Shown piece after piece: positions 35,851 through 50,738 of a stretch of DNA of 64,000 nucleotides; positions within the stretch are counted from its first letter, which is position 1; every line of letters starts with the position of its first letter. The notes below the pieces were generated by a model, which was given only the letters and a program-made list of their open reading frames with translations, was not told where the DNA came from and ran no database searches. The DNA lies in NCBI RefSeq assembly GCF_018977255.1, contig NW_024704742.1:22074001-22138000 (forward strand), in the 5' to 3' direction. This DNA is from Callorhinchus milii. Lineage: Eukaryota. The translations under genes were made by a program, and so were the position numbers.

Positions 35851-38590
35851 TGTTGCATGATATGGTTAAACATATATTGTGCTTTTGCGAATGTGTTTTC
35901 CAGACAACAATTACCGATCTATTGTGTTAACTCAATAAAATCTAATATCAAATAAAATTAAAAGATTTTGGTTGCAAAATGTTATGCCTACGTACAATTA
36001 TTCTGCTACAATCCTGCACAAATGTACCATTCACATCATACTAACATACACAATGTACAATTTAGTACAATAAGCACTCTAATTTGTAAACATGTTATCA
36101 TTCTTCAGTCTTTTTTCCATAAAGATCACAAAACAATGTACATTTTTAGGTGTTAGTAATCATAGTCTTCAAAAGTTCTGATGAGAACATGGATGAGGGG
36201 GGATTAAAAATGGAACATATATCGTTACTAGATGGAGAGCACCATTAGTCACATAAAATTACTATTGGTCCTATTATTTCAGATGACATATTTTACAATA
36301 ATTTTCCTGCACTGTTATGGTAGATAAACAAGCTCTATCATCTAGACTGTAAACAACAAGTAGGAATGCAAGCAGCAATCCAAGCAATGCAAGCAGCAAT
36401 CCAATTGAGGGGTTCAGATTACACCATATATCATGAAACTCAAGGTTAAGTGTTTAAGGCATTTAAACTATGAGAGTAAATTGTTACTTGGTTACTTTTA
36501 AATCACATGATGTTTTAACCTATTATCCTGGGGGGTGGGTGGGAGTTAAGTGGGATTTCCTTGGAGCCGAATTTAACTGAGATGACTCCAAGCTCATATA
36601 CTTGGCAAAGCAATGTTGCAATGGAGTCAATCCTCTGTGGCAGTCTCGCTACTCTGATTTCTGAGCCAGGCAGGTCAGCAGTACCCCAGGGCACTGTTAA
36701 ACATCCAGCCAACCTTGCTCGCCAGCAGCATTTGGAGGGAGAAGGGATTCTCATTTGGTTCCTGTTAACTAAAGCCCTAATGGGCAAGATGGTCCGACCT
36801 GACAAGCAGCAAGAAGATTGCCAGACTGTTGCTCTCAATGGCAAGCTATGTGGTTATAGTTGGTTAAACTCCAGCAGTATCCCAAGCACACTCCCCAAGA
36901 CTTAGTTTTTGCCAACCTGTGCAGGGTAGTCCCTCCAGGAACAAAATACACATTCCATTCTAGATAGAGATAAATTCCCCCTGTATGTGGCAGACTCGCA
37001 GTCTGGTTTGGATAGTACAGTGATGGGGTTCTGCATGTGAAAGATTCTTGGCTGACGAAAATAAAAAATATTTTAACCTCTGCCAGTTCTACCAATGACT
37101 GTTAACTGTTGCTGCAGTTTCTGCTTCAGGACAGCACAAAAATCAGGTTTGTAACATAAAGGGTAGTGGTGCCTGACAGAAAGAATATTGAGATGGTAAC
37201 TTAAAATATGAGGCTCACCAAAAAACTGGGCTCTTTTGGAAGGTGAATCATATAAAAAAATAATCAATCTCCATACGTATATACTTCAGTTTTCGATTCA
37301 CCAATTACTGCAGATTTGCACATTATTATTATAATACAGTAATATATACAACTGTGGAGTATGTACCACCTTTTCAGGTAGCCAATTTTTCTGATGTCAA
37401 ATTTATCTATACACATGATTTTAATGATAGTTTCTGTGATTAATTCATGACATTATATAGAAATACATAAACGCATACAAAGAAAACTGAACAGTAGGTA
37501 GTTAGCGAAAGATTGCACTATCATGTGTTTGTAAAATATGCTATGTCCATTTTCATGTTTATTCACAATACTGCACAACGCTTGTTCAACCATAATGTTC
37601 AGCTTGAATTCAATCTCATCTCAACTGAGCATGGAAACTTGTCTGGTTGATGGGTATCAGCACTATTTAATTGGTAGCTTCTGATTATGTTCATCAATTT
37701 GGCAAGATAGTGCATACAAATGTCCACTCTTGTTCAATTCGATTAGTGTCAGTCACTGTGGTTTTAACAGGAACAGACACTAACAGGATTAATACAAACC
37801 CCTTATCCACCATAGCAGCACTTAAAACACACTATGGGAAATTCTCATGGGAACAGGCACAAAAGCTTTCTGAATTTAACACAGAATGAGAGCAACTAAA
37901 GCTATAACATTATATTTAAAGCCTAAGGGGAAACATCAATTCAAAATTTGTCCTTTATTTGGGGAAAAAAGGGAAAATAGCCAAATAAAACCTTTCAAAT
38001 ATATTGATAACTCAATGAATTTTGAATGATGCTTCAATAAAATATCTGTTGCATTTGTGGATTCATCAATTTTTTAAAAAAATATTGATACTGTATGAAT
38101 AAATGGCAAACGTAATTCTCATGAAAACTCACACTAGCTGAGCTACAATATTTCTACACTTTTTAAAAACAGATTTCTTGCAACCATTGTATCCACTTCT
38201 CTTGGCCAGATCTACAGAAGTAGATGCATTAAACGTTTTTGAATTTTTAACTTCAGTAACAATGGCTTTCCAATCAATTAACCATTATGTCAGCACATAT
38301 ACACCTTGAACAAGTCCCCGTTTCCTTGTTTCAAGTCTAACTAGTTGAACCAATCAGTGCTAGAGACCTCTACTTTCATCCATCAATCATCTTTTTACGT
38401 AAACACACAATCAAACAGGATTCTTCAGTTGTACTTTTAAGGCACTTTATCACATATACCCCCAAAAATAAATGACTTATATGCACAATTCTTAAATACA
38501 GATCTTAATTGGAATAGTTTGCTGCAATTCTATATGTATGGTACATTACATTATACATACATTCATACAAAATAGGGGTTTCCACCGATG

Positions 38591-38629
38591 TTATACTGGG
38601 ATCTTGGTTTGTCTTGTGAGTTTTAATGC
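38591..38629 (-). CDS. SLC10A7: Sodium/bile acid cotransporter 7, last coding exon
   Basis: Minus-strand acceptor (T)n AAATCCACAG|; encodes ALKLTRQTKIPV then TAA; phase 0 matches the previous exon. Confidence 0.88.
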   Translation of the reverse strand, partial: ALKLTRQTKIPV

Positions 38630-39838
38630 CTGTGGATTTAAAAAAAAACAGAATTTAATTTTGATTTTAATCTCATGGCAACAGAAATCTTGGTAAATCT
38701 TCTCTATAGTAATATTCAATTTAAAACCAAACAATATGGGGCAAAACACCAGAATTTTTTTCTATTGTGAATAACAAATAAAATTAATCATCTGCAAAAT
38801 ACAGCACTCTGGATTTGACCCTGAATATATTTTTCAATACATTATTTTATTATAACAATTTGTTAACTTCTTATACAAATAGGATAACATTTCTAACAGC
38901 AATAAGGTCCGATGTGAAATTAATTTGGGAAGTTTCAAACCAAACCGACTATAATTATGCACTAGTTGATATTAAGTTGACAATTTCCAAAATGATAGTT
39001 GCTGTTGAAAGAAGAAAAATATGGCTCAAGAAGGGTGATCTTCAGAGTTTTGAATTAAAGCACATTATTAATGCAGTGTGGAGGTTTTTTTTTTACCTGT
39101 TTTAACCAAGAATGGCCTAGACACTATACTTTACAGTAAAACAGTTTGAGACGTCCTCAAAAGCACAATAAACGTAGAGATTAATATTAAAATATTTAGA
39201 TTAATTGAATCGTCAAATGTTGCGATTGTGTTCTGTAACATGGATATCAATCCAGGGAGACTGAATTGTTTGTACAATACATTGATTTGGGGATTTCCCC
39301 CAATTTATGTAATTCATAGTTTGATGAAATGGCTTTCAATTTGTGAATTGGTTGACAGACCTCTCTCCCAAAAAAACTCATTGTCCTTGGAACCATATAC
39401 TGGTACAAATTATTGTCATCAGTTATCACTTTCCAGAGGTAATAATCCCAATTTTCAAAAAAGAATCACTCAATCCATGATTGTTTGTGGGAGATTGTTG
39501 TGTGCAATCAGCTGCCGTGTTTCACCCACAAAATACACTTCACAATATGTTTTGTGAAGCGCTTTGGGATGTGATAAGCACTATATCAAAGACACGGATT
39601 ATTATTATTATCAGGAAGATTTCAGAAAAAAACATTGGACCAATATTTGTAATTGCCACAAGAAGTTGCAGGACCACAAGGCAGAAATGACAGAAAAGGC
39701 ATTAAACTGATCGAACTAAGAAAACAAGGACAACAAAATTGATTTCCCGCAGGTTTTTATCTCAAGGAATATTTGCGGTAATTTCACTAACATACGTTGA
39801 TGTGGGTAAGGTTACTTATCTCGTTGTGCAAGCCTTAC

Positions 39839-39984
39839 TTTTTGACGCGTGACCATCCAGGTCTTCACTGTTCCAACTAACAGGCCGCCTAGCAGAATCT
39901 GGGTGGGATGATAGATGAGTAATGGAACAGAGATGAGAGATAAATGTTCATACCCTGAAAACACTATCTTCAACATTGGGATTC
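39839..39984 (-). CDS. SLC10A7: SLC10A7 penultimate coding exon (146 nt)
   Basis: Encodes [49 protein letters not shown]; acceptor TTCTCAG|, donor AAA|GTAAGG. Confidence 0.96.
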
Positions 39985-40295
39985 CTGAGAATAGAAAACA
40001 AACATCAACAAAAAGTGTTTACATTTTTTTAAACATTCATTTCATGTTTCACGCTGAATTTTTTTTTACTTGTAAGTGGAACGCTCTGCAAATTTAGTAA
40101 TCTTATCTAAGAAAAAATATATTCTGTTTTTTAGGGTTTGTAATGACTATTTCCAAACAAGGATTTTATTAACAATATTATAGTAACGTTACATGATCTT
40201 ATGACTGAAAAAATACCCATTTGAAGACTCTGGCAATATATTTAGAGAGCACAGAAATCATATAACCCAAAAAACATAATATAGTTACTTTCTAA

Positions 40296-40597
40296 GGGCA
40301 AAACCTTAGGAAAGTTTCCTCACTCCACAAAGAAATATTGGACCAATACCTAGCAGTAAGCAGGAACCCGATTGTTAGTCAATTGGCGGATCGCTTTCTC
40401 GGGGTAATAATCCCTCCCCAAAAAAAAGAAAATAATTTGGTCACTTGATCCACGACTGTGGGACACTGCTGTGCGCAATTGGCTGCTGAGTTTCCCCCCA
40501 AAAATACAGTTAATTAACTTTACAATATATTATGTGAAGCGCTTTGAGACGTCCGAACAACATGATAAGGTGCAATATCAAATGCAAGGATTATTAT
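40296..40597 (+). mobile_element. SINE, long variant, head truncated
   Basis: Contains the GGAACCCGATTGTTAGTCAATTGGCGGATCGC internal segment, the core and the tail. Confidence 0.85.
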
Positions 40598-41196
40598 TTG
40601 TAGTAACAATGGTAGCAGTAGTAGCAATAGTAGATTTCAGGGTCCTTCCAATTAAATTTCCCCAAAGATTCCTTCCTTTGACAAAGCTATTCATAAACTG
40701 GAATAAAAAGCAATCTTAAACCACTGAATTATATTCTGTGTCTCTTAAGTAATTAAATAACATGCAGAATTTGCAGACAAAAATACAATGAGCTACAATG
40801 CTGCCTCCTCTTAAAGTTCAAAGTGTCTCCAACAAGAGTAAAATAATGAGCATTTGAAGTATTTCAGGTGGATGTTAAAGATCCCACAGAAGAAAGTTTC
40901 TTCCAGATTTCTGGCCAACAATATCTCAGATAGAACTGGTCATTTGCTCCACGGCTATTATGGGACATTGCTGTGTATAAACCGGCTGGCGCTTTTCACC
41001 AACAAAATACCGTCAAACCACGTTACAGTATATCCTGTATACGCTTTGAGACGTCTCAACAATGTGATAAGGCGCTATATCAAATGCAAGAATTATTATT
41101 ATTACTTTAATAATTGAGGAAGTAGGAATATTTAAAGCAATTTGTGTTGGTTCACAAGATGGCTTCTGATTAATGTCAGTATAGATAGCAAATATA

Positions 41197-41303
41197 AACA
41201 GCAACAACAACAAGATTACATTTGTATAGCACCTTTCACGTTGGGAAGATGTCCCAAGGCGCTGGACAGTGTACAGCATTTCAGACCTGAGCTGGGGTTG
41301 GGT

Positions 41304-41337
<34 letters not shown>

Positions 41338-42420
41338 GAAGGGAGGGGAGGGGAAGGGGGGTGACCAATGGCATGGTCGAAGAGGAGGGTTTTGTGGCAG
41401 GACTTAAAGGAGGCTAAGGAGGGGGCGAGGCAGAGTGATTGGGGGATGGAGATCCAGAGCTTGGGGGCAGAGTGGCTGAAGGCTCTCCCGCCATTGGTGG
41501 GGCGGGTGGGTTGGGGGACGTGGAGCAGGCCAGAGCCGGCTGAGCGGAGAGAGTGGGCGGGTTGGTAGGGGTTTAGGAGGTCGCAGAGGTAAGGTGGGGC
41601 GAAGCCATTGAGGGCTTTGTAGGTAAGGTCCAGGATCTTGAAGTGGATCCTCTGAAGGATAGGGAGCCAATTGAGTCAGACGAGAATGGGGGAAATGGGG
41701 TCATGGAGTTTGGTGCGGGAGAGGACACGGGCTGCAGAGTTCTGGATTATCTGCAGCCTGTGGAGGGAGGAGTTGGGAAGGCTGACAAGTAGGGAATTTG
41801 CATAGTCGAGCCTAGAGGTGATGAAGGCATGAACAAGTTTTAGCGGCCTAAGGGGTGAGGTAGTGGCGGAGTCGGGCGATGTTACGGAGGTGAGGGAAGG
41901 CAGAGCGGGTCATGGCTTGGATGTGGGGAAGAAAAGACAGTTGAGGGTCAAACAAGACACCTAGGTTCCTGACTGGCGGTGAGTTGAAGTGTGCAACCAT
42001 GGAGGTTTGTTGCTGCCAGAGCCTGAGGTGCTGAGGCGCTGGCACGAACCAATCGGGAGGGCCTCAGTCTTGTTCACATTCAACTGTGGGAAATTTGCCC
42101 TCATCCAGGACTTGATGTCCAACTTGATGTCTGTCAGGACAGCAGTGGTCCTGGAGTTGAGGGTAGAAGCAGAAAGATAGAGTTGGGTGTCATCCGCATA
42201 CATATGGGAGTTGACCCCATGTCTGCGGATGATGTCACCAAGAGGGAGCATGTAGATATTAAAGAGGAGAGGGCCAAGGACAGAGCCCTGGGGGACGCCA
42301 GATGTGACAGTGCGGGGGCTGGAGGAGAAACCATAAGAGGGAACAAAGTGGAGATGGTGAGAGAGATAGGAATCGAACCTGGCAAGGGCAGGTCCGCGAA
42401 GATTAAGTAAAGAGGAGAGG
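41197..42420 (-). mobile_element. 5'-truncated degenerate L2 LINE (about 1.2 kb)
   Basis: [27 protein letters not shown] and [14 protein letters not shown] motifs; (TTG)n tail at about 41197; poly-G run at about 41304-41337. Confidence 0.92.
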
Positions 42421-45400
42421 TGGATAAAGAGAGGCAGCTGACCAGATGAACAATTTGAGCATTATGGCTGTAAATGTAGCATATTAAACAGCATGAAACC
42501 TACAATGATCATGTCTGAATTGCAAGTGTAACAAATGCAATTCGATGTGCCACAACTCTGATATCCTGCTCCTTTCTTTGACACAGCCTGAATAAGTTTT
42601 CACAATGATATACGACTATGCAGGATACTGCACTATCTGTGCATTTACAAGGCCACTGAGCTGCAAATGTTTATAAAAGATTAATTGAATGTTTCTGAAC
42701 TACAATGCAATGTCTGTAAAGCAGGTGGAAGGTATGTACTGTAAGTGGATTCTTCATAACTAATGTAATTTCTACCAAGAGCATTTATACCGTCAGACAA
42801 GTACAGAGTGTGGACTGATATAGAGCACTTTCTCAGCACATTACTACCCATTGCAAACACTTGGGAAATCACTAATGTACAGCATGTAATATTTCTATGT
42901 CATGCATGGCTCACTTTTCTAAAAGTCACCCAACAGAAGCTGACATTGCCAGATATTCCATAAGGAACATTTTCAATAGACATCTGCTAGCAATAGTTTG
43001 CTTCTAATGTAACATTCCGTACACAAAGCAAACACACAGTGGTAATTTATTCTTCTACTATTTGCTCCAAAAACTTTAGCATTTTTAATCTACAGATGGA
43101 TATGTGCTGCTCATATGCAGGAGCATTTTTAGTGTGCAGGACTGATTCCTCTTAGTTTGGGGTTAAATTCCACAATTTGGTGACTCTTTTAAGCCCATCA
43201 GTTAAACTGAAAAATCCAGATATTGTTGGTAAGATTAATAATAATAATTCTTGCACTTGACATAGCGCCTTATTGCGTCTTCGAAACTTCTCAAAGCTCT
43301 TCACAGGATATACTGTCGAGTTTAGTCATTATATTTTATGGGCGAAATATAAGATTTAGCCTGTAAAAAATCTGTTATCTTCTGAATAAACCTGTCAGCA
43401 TGCTGATTAATTTCATATAACCCAATAAATTAATTTAAATTTGGATCAACGATCAATATAATTACTACTGGAAGAACGCACTCTATCGGGATAATCTTGA
43501 TCACAATTGAATACAATCTTGTTGTATAAACAGAGGCTATTTTTGGCATACAATACAAATGTGTGTAACTTCTAAATTATACAGTCAATGCGTAATTAGT
43601 AAGCGATTCATGTGTTAATTTTGGCAACACTAACACGTGGGAGAAGGACAATGTGGCAAAAGGAAGTAGGAAAACATTTCAAGTACATAAATATAGCCAA
43701 ATACATAATTACCAAAAGATTTAGGAGAAAAGCAGCGCATTAATTTCCTCCCATAATCATGAGTTTGATTTGCTAAAAATTTTCCACTGTTTTCATATAC
43801 TTTGTTGTAAAATAGAAATGACTGAAAATTTCTGCACTGTATAATTTTAAAAAAATGTTTATGCTTTTAGAACACACAAAAGAGATAGTTTGCCTTTTAT
43901 TTGGGCAAATATTGGTATCAAGAGACTCTTAAAGCCCAATTTCAGACTCTGGGGTGCCTGCTGCTGCTGCTGCTGAACAATGTCCCAGTGCTCCAAAGGG
44001 GAATTCTTTAAATAAAATTCCTTTTATAATTCATTTTTTCAAAAATGTTTGGTGATGGTTACAACCCCCTGGTGACCAAAGGACACGGAAGATCAGCATT
44101 ACCTTTAGGTCACAAAATAACTCACCAAGATTAACTCATTCCTCAAGGGATCATATGCACAGTACAGTGGTATTCATTTATTATTGCCATACTTTAGAAG
44201 TACTTTTCTTTAAGTCCCCTACACCTACACATGCACCACTACCAGTCTGGTGTGTGCAAGTGTTTCCAGGAGCTGCTATAATCTTCACAGTATGTTATTA
44301 AAACAATGTACATCTTGGAGTGACTTCAAAGTTATCATCGACTTCACTCTCATGATTTATGGCATCACCCTCTGTGTGCATGCCCGTTATCTATTATTCT
44401 CTTATTTAATCTGATCTTTGTACACAAGTTTCAACAGTAACTTTGTTTACTTAGGGCACTTGTCACTGCCATCACATTTTATATATTTGGTATTCTGCAT
44501 AAAAGCAGTTTGTATGTGTGTAATCTGTGTAGATTAAACAGAAATCTATGTTTCATCAATTGACATGTGATGCTATTATTATTTCTGACCTATAAGTTTT
44601 TTTCTTCTCCTTAGGTTTTCTGACATAATGCACCATCCCCTGTCAGAGTATAATTCCCATGGAGTACATAGCAGTGATTTGCACTCAAATGTTCCCGTTC
44701 TGTTACACAAGTGTCAGCTTGGTTCAATCGGTAGCAGTGGATCAGAAGATTACGGTTCAATCTCCATGACAGAATTTGAACTCAATCTAAATTGACACTC
44801 CAGTGGAGAACTTGGAGTTGGAGTGCTGAATTGTCAGAGCTGCTACCTTTGGGATGAGATGTTAACTCAAGTTTGAAGTTTGAACTGCATTTAGTGACCA
44901 TTAAATATCAAATTTCACTTCACAATTGTTTGTGGCAAGCTGACTGTAATTGCAAAGGAAAAAATCAGTAAAAGTAAGTAAACTTGAGAGTAAACCTGTG
45001 GGACATTTCAATATAATAAGGTACAATAAAAATAACTTTCATATTTAAAAATGCGTGCTTATTTTTGAGTACCAAACTTTTTTTTAGTTTGTTGGTCTCC
45101 AATCAAAATTAGTTTCGAAAATTTTCACTCGATGAATAGCAAATTTCTTTTAAAAAATTATGCAATTGTCAGAAGACAAAAGTATTTCAATTGTCTTCTC
45201 CTGTACTCCTAGAGAAGATAAAAAAGGCTCATCATTAGCCTTTAATGATCCATTGTTTTGCAATATGGGCATTGGCCCTTTGTCTAGCTTCTGAATTAAA
45301 TGTGCAGGTTTGAAACACANTTTTTAAACCTTTAGCTTTTTACCTATAGATTTTAGCTGTGCAGATCAATTCTAATCCTGTTCTAATTAAATACTAGTTT

Positions 45401-47559
45401 ACAAGGCCGGACAATTTTTGTTTTGGGTTTTTCAGTTTACACTGTAGGGCTGAAACAAGTTATCATAGATTAATAATAATGTGGTCACTCAATCCATGGC
45501 TGTTTGTGGGACCCTGCTGTGCGCAATTGGCTGACGAGTTTCGCCCACAAAACACAGTCACTATATTTTACAGTATATTCTGTGAAGCCCTTTGAGACGC
45601 ATCAAAAACGTGGTAAGGCGCTATATGAAATGTATGGATTATTATTATCATCACTGCGCTTTACAGCAACTGTTGTTTAAAAGCTCGAACTAGCTTTATT
45701 AAGCACTCTTGAGATGCTACCCCACGTGAAGGGTGCTACAAAACACAAGTTGTTGTACTAAGTAACTCATATTGTTCAAATATTTTATTTCATGTGTATA
45801 TTTATTTTATGTGAAAAGTGATATATAAAATGCAAGTGATTATTAATATCCCTATCCTCAACTGCTTTTCTGAACAGATATTTATAGAGTTAGGTGCTAA
45901 CCATCTCAACATTATTACATGATGATGAGTCTGTTCATTATCTACAACCCAGTGGAGAACGAAAGTTTGGTTCTAATCTCACCGGAGCCTTGTTAATATA
46001 TTGTGTCCTCCAGTTCTACACTCACAGGCCAAGTTAAATAGCTTGTTCATATTCACTTTATGGCCCATATTTGCAAGATTTGACAACTACTATCTACTCG
46101 TTGAGTAAAATAAGTTCTTGACTTGAAATAAACATCTCTTGATTATAATAAAAACAGCAATGTGAATTGTGACCTCTTTGTTCAGTTTTATTGAATTTTG
46201 CTGAAGAACTGGAACCTTTTTAATGGTTTGATGGGAGCACAGATGCAAAACCTATTATGCTTTATTACAACAGATTATTGTGATGTGATTGAAGAAATGA
46301 CAGTGAGATGTCATTAACCCCGCAAGATTTCTTGTGTGTCTACTCTAATCAGTTTTTCATAATAACTGTCACAGATCAAATCTGGAAATAATTCCTTATG
46401 AAGTGACATCTTCATTCATCCATCTCTTTGTTACAGGTTGCGTGTGTGATATGTAAATTTGTACATCAAGCATCTCTCTTGGGTGCAGAAATACTGCAAA
46501 CTACCAGTCTTCTTTCTCCCTTTGGGCTTTTATACTGTGATGAGAATGGATCTAAAGCGATGATTCAAGCCAACTTAATACTCTTTTGTTGATACAAACC
46601 TGAAAAAAAGCTAATTTTGGAAAAAAAAATGTAAGTATCACAAAACTACAATATTTTCATTTGTTCTGGTTAAACCTTGCACATTCTAGTGTGAAGATCG
46701 AAAAAAAAACTCGTAAATGTAGAATGTAACCATTGACATAACTTGAAGACAGGGATAAGCTATAAGTCAGGATTCAGGCATTAAACTGACAAGACAGGAC
46801 GAACAGAAGGTAAATGAGTTTTGTTGGAGAGGGTAGTTAGGTCAGCAGTGGAGGGATACCAATGTAGGTTAAAGCACAACAGGTTGAGATGTAGATGATG
46901 GAAATGAGGTTGAGAAGATCCCTTCCAAAATACCAACCCGATCATGTTCCCAGATCATTGTTAAACTGTTTCTTTTATTACTTCAGTGTATAATCGTAGG
47001 ATTACTAAAGTTCAGAAATCAAAGGATTTTATGATTTTAACTGGTGTGGTGAAAGAGTAGAAGTTAACAGTTGGTTTTGACAGGCATGATTATATTTTTA
47101 ATTAATGAAGCACTTAAAATTATTATTCCTTGCCTTTTCTACATTAATTATGAATATGAGTATTAACTAATGACAAGAATAGCATTATAAAACTCTAGAC
47201 ATTCTGTGTTAATGTGACAAAAGGAAATTGTGGTACCAAAACCTAGGCCATTTTATTTGCAAGTAGCATTTGGAAAATTCTTGGTTAGTTTGAAAACAGA
47301 GCAAGTAAAACTAGGGTAAAAATACATTTACAGAAGTATACTGGAATTAATCATCAAAAAAATAAAATTTGCATTAATATGCTTCAAAAATGTGGTTGCA
47401 CAGGGATAAGTGCCTCTTAAAACAATTGAACTGTTAAAGTGATCTCAAGTTACCCTATGTTAGGTAACCACCAATGAGCTGTAAAATATTTGGAGATTGA
47501 AAAAGTCAAGCTGTGAATTATGACTTCTGGTACATTTGTCAAGTTATTTTGGTCATAGC

Positions 47560-47900
47560 TAGAACGTTCATTTCAAAAGGAATGCAATGTGAGTGGTCTA
47601 GTGAAAATCTGTCAAAGGGTTAAATTATTGAGGTAATATTGGTGCTAATATATATATGCCCAGAAATATTCTGTTACATTCATATGAAAAAGGAACCATC
47701 AGTTTGTTAGGATGGAGAATGCACTACTGAGAATGGTAGGTGAAACAGAATCCACATCAGCTGTTAAGGAACTAAATAACTGAAAAGGAGCAATATAAAA
47801 GGGTATGGGAGTAAAAGGCAAGATAATGGGTTTAAACAGATAAGCTTTTTCAGAGAGCCAATACAGTTATGATGGGTTGAATCACCTACTTCTCTACTGT
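47560..47900 (+). mobile_element. Degenerate CR1 3' end
   Basis: Ends ...ATGATGGGTTGAATCACCTACTTCTCTACTGTAAATTTCTATG, resembling CR1 3' UTR termini. Confidence 0.5.
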
Positions 47901-49834
47901 AAATTTCTATGGTTCTGTTGAAAATAGTTCCCTCATCCAAATTTGGTGGAATGTTTGAGAACTGGCTTAAGATACACAAATACAATAATGGCTCAACATA
48001 TCCAGACCCCAAGTAGGTCTATGCCTTCATAAAACTCGGTGGGAGAGAATTGGACAGAAAAAGCAACCTAGATATGTTTAATTTCAATTTTTATAGAAAA
48101 TAATTGACATGAGAAGGTAAATATCTTGTAAAATAGCCTTTAGTAAATAATCGCTGACTGTGTCACACAAATATTTTCTCTTAAAAAGATACGTTCCAGA
48201 AAAAGCTTTTTTTTGTGAGTATAATGAAGCTATAATTCCTATCTCATTGTAGTTTAAAAACCTCTTGCTATCAGTGGTAATCCCAAAGCAATTAGACAAC
48301 ATGTGAACTAAAATGATCAGTGTTAGAGGTTAGGCAGTTACAATTAGTATTTAATACTATTTAGTAAAACAGAAATACTGTATTTTTTAATAGGTCAATT
48401 AGTAATCATCCAGAAAAATCTTGTACTGAAGTGCTCCTAAATTAAATAGCTAATAAACAGATGGTTTTGTAAAACAGTAACTAATTATTTTGTTTTAATT
48501 ATGCTATTATTATGGCACAAAGGCAACACTACAATTACAAGTCTTCAATAAAGCGCTCTGGGTCTCAACCACGCGTGAACGGAGCTATATAAATGCAAGT
48601 TGTTGTTGGTTATATTTAACCTGAATTTAACAATTTATTTGATCCTTTCAGCATAAAATGTGTTATCTAACAATAAATTGACCATTTCTTCACAGAACTG
48701 TAGGTGTTAGTACTCAATCGCTTTAATTTAGACCACAAGACGCAACATATATAAAAAAGCAGTTTTTACGGCTAAAGTAATTTTTGCTGTCCTTTCGTAA
48801 TATACAATAAATGTAATTTAAGTCAATGGTTCAAACTACACAGTTGATGAATCATCGGAAAAACTCGGCTATTTCTTTTAAATACAGTGGATTTCTTTAT
48901 TTGATTTTATCAGAATTCAAGTGCTTGGGACATTTAATGTCCCAAGGAACATCATTGACCTCTATCTATACAATTGCCCTCTGCAAAGTAATTTCATATT
49001 GTGGAATGGATATTTATGAGGTTGGAGCTGAACAACCCAGTACTACTATATTAACTGAGTCACAATGAACACTCCATATTCCCATTAGGACACCCTCCTC
49101 TTGTTTAACAAACTCATGGGAGCTTAAACATGTAGGATTTCCAACCGAACAATGTCAAGCCATAGCTCAATGTCAGGTTCAATGCGACATTCCATGATTA
49201 AGGGTCAAATTGTCACCTTATTTGCAATCAATCAGTAAAAATGCACCCTGGCAAATATACTAATGAAAGCAATGAATCAAACTGTGTTTCACGAAAATAT
49301 TAGTGGATCATCATTAAGTGATTTTATGTTCTACTCAGTTGTTGACTATAATTTACATGACTACAGCTCATATTGAGATGTTCTATATTTAAGGTGACAT
49401 CAACACATTGGTTGTGTACCCAAACCACATCTTATTTGTTAAAGATCTCAAAATATTTCAAAAGAGGAGTTTCTCTGGTTTCCTAGTCAAAAATTCCCCA
49501 AATAAAACTGCAAATTCACTCTTTGGCTGCTTATGGGTCATTGTTATGCATAAAATTGACTGCCAGGTTCACACACAAAACACAGTCCTTTCACTTTACA
49601 ATGTATCCTGTGAAGACCTTTGACTTGAAAGGTGCTGTAGCAAATGGAAGGTTATTATTATTTTGAGTAAAAAAAACTTAGTTTAATTTGATAATTTTAA
49701 TTTGAAAATCTACTAAAAATACTGCAAAAGACTGAGCAGTAATAACATGGCCAAATCATTTGAAAATTATTATACACTGCAAAGAAGAATACCTTTTTTT
49801 AAAATAAATCTTTCTCCATTAAACTGTCATATCT

Positions 49835-50738
49835 TCATATATATATACTAATAAAATGACAATGTCTGTCTGTGTCTGTCTGTGCTTTAAGAAGGATCTC
49901 AATAAACAATTGACGTAGAGGCATGATTTTACCTCATCGGAAAGGTCTTGCATCTAGGAGTGACATGGGCATATTTGTTTTCGGGTATCACTTATCGTTC
50001 ATGAGTTCTGACCTAAAATGTATTTCAGTTTTGCATTTTTCGCTGCAGTTAACCTGGTGGCCGCCGAGTTAAAGTGGGGCTGTGGCATCGTGCAGTTACA
50101 CCTGGTGGCCATGTCGGCTGATCATGGCGCTGTGGCATCCTGTGTCACAGGGCATGCACTTAGCCAAGCAGCGGCGGGAACAGAATAAAAAACACAAATA
50201 AAGCTAAGCTGTGACAACAACAAAATTACATTTTTGAAGCACCTTTCACGTCTGGAGGACATCCCAGTGATTATAAATTATACATTGATATATATCATTA
50301 TAAAGATGCCTAAGCAAAAATCAAACTTTTCAAGGATAAGTAAAAATGCTAGAACAAAAGAGAGAAGGCTCATTAAATCAAACTGAAGAACAAAGAACAG
50401 CGCGGCTGCACTTCAATGCTGAAAGGACTGCAACAGCATGCCAAAATGAGTTGTCCACTCAATGAACAGCACGACCAAAATGAGTTCTCCCACACCAACA
50501 ATAAAATTACATGTGTATAGCGCCTTTCACGTCAGAAGGATGTCCCATGGCACTGGACAGTCAGTGTTTCGGACTCGAGCTGGGGGTCGGGATCGGGAAG
50601 GGTGGAGGGCAGTGGGGGGGAAGGAGGGTGAGTCCTCCTAGATGAATATAGATAAAGACAAAATGTCTGTCTATGTGTCAATCTAAATTCCATATTGGAT
50701 CCTTTGGTTGCAAGCATAGCTGCAATGGACACAACTAG
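49835..50738 (+). mobile_element. Degraded Helitron-like element interrupted by L2 tails
   Basis: 5' TATATACTAATAAAATGACAATGTCTGTCTG; broken ORF MPKQKSNFSRISKNART.../NQTEEQRTARL from 50306; 3' TTGCA(A)GC-ATA-GCTGCAA hairpin followed by ACAACTAG|T. Confidence 0.5.

Noticed and set aside
36365..36404. 21-bp tandem duplication AATGCAAGCAGCAATCCAAGC
   Set aside because: Only two units; an ordinary slippage event, not an array.
45320..45320. Single ambiguous base n
   Set aside because: Assembly ambiguity or gap marker; no biological meaning, though local contiguity is slightly uncertain.
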